A stretch of DNA of 56,860 bases, the filler included, from Porpidia crustulata (taxonomy: Eukaryota), in the NCBI GenBank assembly GCA_964255105.1. It is 3 parts of 3 records of this genome, joined end to end, with 100 filler letters (N's around TTAATTAATTAA, not from the genome) between each part and the next. Parts side by side here need not be neighbours in the genome. Positions count along the whole stretch, not along the records: positions 37,981 to 56,860 come from CAXUWE010000164.1; 2 more parts are not named here. One strand, given 5' to 3'. The notes under the pieces are model-generated. The model ran no database searches. It was not told the origin of the DNA and saw only the letters and a program-made list of their open reading frames with translations. Made by a program: the position numbers and the translations under genes. How positions within the stretch are numbered: position 1 is the stretch's first letter; the number at the start of each line of letters is the position of its first letter. Below are positions 50,679 to 56,860 of this stretch, piece after piece.

Positions 50679-52374
50679 TTAGACCGCGGAGACGTCCTGT
50701 ATAGTCTTCGAGTCGCCTCGTTTATCTGGCCCTTTGAACCCACCCTCGTCCTTGTCTTCACCCTTTTGCGGCCAAAGAATCTGCTTAAGGATAATGGCTC
50801 GGACCATCATGCCAAAAACGAAGAACCAGACAAGGATCAAAATGGGTGTCATTACGCAGCCGATGATTTTTATTGTTCTGGAATTGAAAGCTTTGCCAAC
50901 CGCAAAGGTAGCCGTGACAAGTGCGGTGTTTGGAAACACAAACGAAAACCAGGTCATGCCAAAAGTCATCCTCTCATGGCCAACACACGACCAATGAGCA
51001 CCGACAGAGACGAAGAAGAACCACAGTGCAAGGCCCCAGATCCATAGGCCCATCCAATTGGCTGCAACCTTCAGAATGACTGCTGCCAATGGTCCGTCGC
51101 CCATGAATTCCTCTGGTATCGCACGCTGCAAAGCTTCCGCCATGGCAAGAACACCAGCTACCGTGAAGCCGCTTGGGCCTACAGAGACAAACATCCCGGG
51201 TCTTGTACTCTCTTGCGGTAGTTTTTGTGTCATGAGGCGGTAAATGAAAGCTGAATATATCATCATGGACACCATGAATCCGATGCCTTGGATCGTGAAT
51301 CCACCGATGATTATATCAAGTGCTTGACTAGGCTTCAGCGTACTGCTAAGAACACCGGCATGAGGTCCAATGATCAGAAGTGGGTAGGCAGGGAATATCT
51401 GGTGTTCAAAAGGTTAGAGAAATACCCTTATCGACTAGCATAAGAGATTACCCAAATTGGTGTCATTTGTGATATTGTAAAGGATCTAGTAGACCACCTG
51501 TTTTGTATCAGTTGGATCGCCTGGGTGACTAGGAATCCCTACTCACATCAGTAAGTAAATTCCAGCTGAAGAGATGAGAGCCAGTGTAGCATCTAACCAG
51601 AATAAGACGAGAACAGCACGGCTCAGCCAAGGGCCTGCCTTCGATAATCCATACTGCGATATATTGATGAGAATAGTACCGAAGGAAACCACCGACGCTG
51701 GCATAAATAGTCGTTCACTAGGATGCATAAAAGAGGCTTTGAAAGTCTCCGGATACGTATAAAAGCGCAGAGATATGAGGATTACATTGAAAATAAATAA
51801 TACTATGTTAAAGAGAAAGAACACGATGCCGATGGTCTCGAGACCTCTGAAACGATAGGGAACTGCTATCAGCCTTAGCAACAGCCTTAGCAACCAGCAG
51901 TTCTACCAGCGTAGAACCAATCATCATACCACTATATATTACATTGGCAACTCCTCCTGTAGCAAGTGAAAGGTATCAGAGAAGGTTACTCTACCATTGA
52001 ACAATTCTTCACAGCCTACCTGTAGCCATTGTTAATGTGAAGAAAGTCCAGGTGAAATGACGGATCCTTTCTCTCCATTGCAGGCTTTCTACTATTCGGT
52101 GACTGACGTGGAGACTGCTTAGATTATGGTGCTTTCCGAACATTGCTGAATGGACAACGGGGTAGAGGTTGTGGGAACCTCTTCCCAGCTCGACGCCTGA
52201 GGTCTGTACATCTCGAGCAGAGTGGGCAGCGTGGTGCTCATAGTCCTCCATTGTGGGAGTGCGATAGCCATCTTGACTAGGCGTGCCAGTTGAAATGATA
52301 TGTTTCGGCAGAAACATACCGCGGTGGACCGAAGAACCATCATGGAGCCCGTCACCAGAATTCCCGAAAGGCAT
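50679..52374 (-). CDS. TDT/SLAC1-family anion channel, C4-dicarboxylate/malate transporter (Mae1-like); multi-exon
   Basis: RERIRHFTWTFFTLTMATG/G, SFMHPSERLF, IFPAYPLLIIGPHAG, RPGMFVSVGPSGFT, MTWFSFVFPNTAL, ILWPQKGED. Confidence 0.9.
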
Positions 52375-52949
52375 ACTATCTTTGGCGGTTACCTGTGTCG
52401 TCAATCTCGTGCACCCGTAGTACGATCGCTCGGGATACAACGGAGGGCGTGAGTTGGTGATAGACGTGACATTGTTTTCAGACGAAACCCCGAGATAAAC
52501 ATGCACATTTCAGTAGTGGCGGGAAGTAGAACGATCATGATAGGTAGATGATCGTCTAGTAACTAAGGTAGGTTGATAACGAGCACCAGAGTATCATATT
52601 TTATTTTGTGTCGACGATGACGGCATACCTTGCCGGCAAGTCTGGTGACTCGATGTGGTGAGCTTGGAGAAAGGGGCTTGTTCTCCTAGGGCTTGGCATG
52701 AAAGTATCTACCCCTCTCTAACTAATTTGGTCTTAGCTTCGTATTTTGGATATCTGAAGTAACCTCAATCAACTACTTATCTTCCCCATCATTGGTTGAG
52801 CAGAGTGCATCAAATACATCGTACGCTCAGACCGTCCCTAGGCAACGAGAAGGATCAAGTATGACTCACTTCCAGAATATATATGTATACATAGGACGAC
52901 CAATGCCTTGCTTGAACTCCTATCCAGCAACAAGTGTACCACCCAAATC

Positions 52950-53636
52950 ATGGCACCCCTAGAGATTCACTTGAGCGGCGAGTCTATCATTTCTCGACAT
53001 GCAGAGCGAGCAGTCTTGTCAGTCGAAGTATCGTCCGAAGGTATCTCTCGCGAGACCGTGTCTCACGACGTGACCTCGACCTCCAACGAGCTCATCAAGA
53101 TGTTCAAGGAAATTGCTCCCAAGTCGGAAGACGGCAAAGCCAGACCTGATGCGCCTGTCACCATATTCTCCATGACCTCGTCACAGACCAGTACATGGGT
53201 CCCCACGACCTCGCGTAACGGCGAGACCGTACAGCTTCCCCGAGAGTTTCGAGCAAGCACGAGTTTCACCGTCATATTCCGCGATTTCAAAAAGCTTGGC
53301 GAAGTCACGGGCACTCTGTTCAAAATGCCCCATACGACGATTGAATCGACCAAATACATATTGACCGATCAAACGAAGAAGGACCTCAGGTCCGAGTCTC
53401 GCAAGGCGGCATTGCATGATGCCATTCAGAAGGCTCAAGATTACGCTGAGGTATTGGGTAAAAGTGCCGTTGTAGTCGAGATCAAAGACCAAGGGTACTC
53501 GTCCGGCGGAAGAACGATGCAGACTGCCAGGAGAGCCAGCTACTCGCAATCAGCATCGTTTGTGGACGGACTATCTGTGGAACCAGAAGATGTGGAATTG
53601 AAATCGTCAGTGAACGTGAAATTCACTGCAGAGTGA
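52950..53636 (+). CDS. SIMPL/DUF541-family protein, intronless
   Basis: IHLSGESIISRHAERAVLSVEVSSEG, FTVIFRDFKKLG, SRKAALHDAIQKAQDYAEVLG, VEPEDVELKSSVNVKF match the SIMPL pattern. Confidence 0.82.
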   Translation: MAPLEIHLSGESIISRHAERAVLSVEVSSEGISRETVSHDVTSTSNELIKMFKEIAPKSEDGKARPDAPVTIFSMTSSQTSTWVPTTSRNGETVQLPREFRASTSFTVIFRDFKKLGEVTGTLFKMPHTTIESTKYILTDQTKKDLRSESRKAALHDAIQKAQDYAEVLGKSAVVVEIKDQGYSSGGRTMQTARRASYSQSASFVDGLSVEPEDVELKSSVNVKFTAE

Positions 53637-53981
53637 TGGCAGGATTCGGGCCCATCTTTGTAGGTTGGCCTCTAGCTTTAGCTTATGGTAGCAGAAATTT
53701 CATCACCGGCTTCGATACTGACAACCTCTGCAGTCATCTAAGAACCCTATGAAGTCTTTTTGTTGATTTGGGGAGTCTAGCTAATCGAACTTTTGGAATA
53801 TATGTATAGAATTGGTGACTGGATGAAACGATGATCTGATCGATTATGATCTTCCTCTACTAGCTCCTGAACTTTCTTGTCCATGTCAATGCAGCCTCAC
53901 AATCAGTCTCATACCCCTGACCTGGGCCGGATTCAGTGACTTAATGCGCCATTGCAACAGATCTGGCGATCAGCTCAAGAT

Positions 53982-55870
53982 TCAGCTTATATCCCGGCCC
54001 CACTTTTCTCTAAGATGTCTCTCTTCCTCTAGCAAATTTCTCTGCTCTTCTCTACTTCTTTTCAGATCTACACCCCAGGCCAACAGTGCGAAGCTCGCCA
54101 CACTCAATCCGAACAGGAAATAGAATGGGGTGGAGTTATTCAAACCTGGAGACGCGTCGATTATTGCACTCGAGACTAAAGGACCTATGAAAGACGATGT
54201 CTTGCCTATGATCGAGAAGAGTGAAAAGAACAGAAACTCTTTACCGCGTGGCGTGACTTCTGACACCATGATTTGAGAATACGAATACCAAGGGCAGACA
54301 AAAAGGCCGTAAAACGTCTGGTACAACCAACTACGCAAGAGAGGTAAGCCTGGAAAAATTGGTAGTTCCATAGGGTAGCCTACAATTCCCAAACGTGGTG
54401 GAATCCAAAATTTTGCGACCATATACCGACCATGCCCCAACCGTCACTAAGTCGCAGTCGTTAGATTAAGAGCCGAAAGAGCAAGAAAAACCTACAGCAA
54501 GATGATGCCAATCATAACTGCGTTGAACATGGCTTTTGTTCTGATACGGAAACGCTGCTGGATCCACCAGAAGCTATAAATGCCAACGGCTTGGGCACCA
54601 ATACCAAGAAGTAGGAGGTAGGTCAGGGTTAGAGTATCATACGAGACAACGGTGTTTTGAAGCGTGGCGATTACAGTGACCGTGGTATTGAGCGAGTCGC
54701 CGAGGAGGAAGTAACCTATGAATTCTGTAAGTCTTGCGCTGTCACTAATTGGTGGAATATTTATCACCTATGAGATATAGCAAACTCTGCTTCAATCGCC
54801 ATATCTGCGTGATGGCACGGTACAACTGCCAAAACCCCACCGTGACTCTACATTTGAAGTCAGCCAGTGAGATTCACAAGTTCCAAGATGCTTACATATT
54901 CATGTTGGGAGGTGCAGGTTGGCCAGGCCTACGCTTCTCGAGGGCAAACCACGGCAGTGCCAAGAGTATCCATATAGCGGTAGCGAAAGCGATCAAGACG
55001 CTCAATCCCCAGTTGTTGTTCTCTTGGCTATCTCTAACCTTCACACCATATAGTACACCGACAATGACGGCCAGAATGACAATCTCCCCACATGATTGGA
55101 CATAGAACGCCATATTCGATAAGCGACTTCGCTGCATCGTGTCCGCAAAATCATACTCGTCTCGAGTGATAGCACCGTCGTTGTACTGTTCGGCTTTTGT
55201 TCTCAATTGCGGCGTGTTACGAGCCAGACTAGGGAATGCCGCAGTCCAAAAAGTGAGGGTCGTCTGATACGCAATTACTGAAACAGTTCAATTCCCCGGC
55301 AAATATCTTCTCCGAACAGGTACTTACGGCCAACAATATACAACCCTGTCGCGACCTCCCACTTGCTTGCTGTGTGCACCCCGAGCCAACCAAACCCAAT
55401 TCCAAAAGCTACGATCGAAAACGCAATCAGAATGTTCGGCCTCGAACGCCCAAAATCTGCGCTTTGATAAGCTCTTCTTCCCCACTCGGCGATTCGAGCT
55501 CAGAGGGCCCACCAGCATAACTGCCAATCACCAAAAACAGCACGACCTGAATCGCAAAGCTGATCCCATTAGCCAACAAGACGATACTGTTGATCGTCCT
55601 ATCCTTTCCAGCAAATCGTAGCACCCCAGCATCCCCAGCTGCCTGAGAAAGTAGATTCTGGAATGCCGTGGGCGCGAAGTTGAATAGCGTCAACCCGTTG
55701 TTGCCGATGTAGTACGCATAGTAAGCCCAGATTTCGAAGCGCGTGGTCTCGTACTGGGGGTCGAATTGATCGGGGGCGACAGGGCGCTCCTCCGCGGTGC
55801 CCGAGATGCCTCCTTTGACAGGATCTTCTGCGGATGGGAACGGGGGGATTCCTGGGTCGTTGGCAGCCAT
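53982..55870 (-). CDS. Atg22-like MFS transporter (vacuolar amino-acid effluxer family); multi-exon
   Basis: EIWAYYAYYIGNNG, LFLVIGSYA/DFG, KRRPGQ, YFLLGDSLNTTVTV, SEVTPRGKEFLFFSLFSIIGKTSSFIGP. Confidence 0.88.
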
Positions 55871-56168
55871 TGTTTACGGGGGGAATCGTCAAGCCGCTGC
55901 CAGAACTTGAGTATTTGACAGTGATTGAGATACGGCTAAAGGTTGAAAAGACCATCCATGCGCGGTGAGTCTTGAGGACTTTTCAGTCACCCGAGATCTC
56001 ATTGAGTTACACATGCGGGGCAGCCATCATGGCCCAATTTGATCGCTGGTGGGTGGGAGATAGATATGGCGATAAGATAACAAATCCTTGAAGTCTAGTT
56101 GTAGACTCGACAATAACCACGCTAGTACCAATCGGAGGTTAGATCATCGTTACAACCCTCATCTACCG

Positions 56169-56241
56169 CTTCTTCTTCGTCTTCTTCTTCATCTTCTGCT
56201 TCTTATTCTTCTTCGTCTTCTTCTTCGTCTTCTTCTTCTTC
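56169..56241 (+). repeat. Imperfect (CTT)n trinucleotide microsatellite
   Basis: CTTCTTCTTCGT-type array. On the minus strand it reads as a poly-Glu/Asp tract interrupted by TAA. Confidence 0.85.
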
Positions 56242-56860
56242 GGCCCCAGTTTCAATCACAGACGCCCAATCTACGAACCTCCTCATAAACAACATACTTC
56301 AGATCATTTCCGATCATATTATGAACTGTCTTCTACAGCGACCGACTGACACACAATCTAACTCTCCAGCACAAAACCACCCCGAAACCCGCGATCAATA
56401 TTAATATCACCAACACAATGACAAACCCAAACTCCACAACAGATTTCACAACCATTCATGTCTACCTACCTACCTTACCTTACGTAGCCCTGATTCCTTC
56501 TCTGCTCTATCTCAATTTGCAAGCCCGATAGCCAGAATAGCCAGAATAGCCAGATTAATATGCTGATACCGAGTCTATCGAGTTATCGAGGATTCAATCT
56601 ATATGCTACGCAGAGATTGTCGTCCAAATGCTTAATTGGTTTATTGGTTTATTATTTCTCTCGTGGGGGGATTTTATTTCGCAGCTGGTGCATGGAGGGT
56701 TGGTTTTGTGGGGTTTTTGGATGCTGAGGGATGTATCACTCGTTCAAACCTTCTCAATAAAAATAATGTGAAATAAACCACATTTGCCATCCTCTACATT
56801 CTTGACAGTAACGCATTCATTCAATCTTTTTCACATGCGATCTATATTTTAATCCTTCTA

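Noticed and set aside
56088..56330. Leu-rich 66-aa ORF and the minus-strand poly-Glu tract
   Set aside because: Products of the CTT microsatellite; the acidic frame is interrupted by TAA.
1..56860. tRNA, rRNA, CRISPR arrays, transposase or reverse-transcriptase genes, secondary-metabolite core genes
   Set aside because: None recognised by eye; small ncRNAs cannot be excluded without covariance-model searches.

Overview
Intron-containing DNA from a filamentous ascomycete (Pezizomycotina; GT..AG introns mostly ~45-70 nt with CTRAC/CTAAT-type branch points). The window is three contigs of 18,892, 18,888 and 18,880 bp joined by artificial 100-bp N spacers containing TTAATTAATTAA. They are in descending length order, so there is no real linkage across the spacers. 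Contig 1 holds core genes: Saf1/Pof9-like F-box RCC1 protein, PLAC8 protein, RGS-TM protein, an acidic mitochondrial-type protein, CAND1, PTC1 and NDE1, plus a decayed fold-back/MITE-like element. Contig 2 holds a GPI protein, a membrane aspartic pseudo-protease, a secreted Cys-rich protein, an F-box-like pseudogene, a 2xRRM protein and an NLR-like gene. Contig 3 holds an MscS channel, an orphan gene with a decayed tandem paralog, an RBR E3 ligase, a clade-D-type beta-carbonic anhydrase, a TDT/Mae1 transporter, a SIMPL/DUF541 protein and an Atg22-like MFS. The most striking item is the NLR (NACHT_N-NACHT-ankyrin). After splicing a 64-nt intron it ends in a complete Ypd1-like histidine-phosphotransfer (HPt) domain whose phospho-acceptor His is replaced by Asp (GDSLKGSAQTLGL vs GHFLKGSSAxLGL). 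This makes it a candidate fungal 'integrated decoy' immune receptor. All family calls come from motif recognition by eye; no searches were run.
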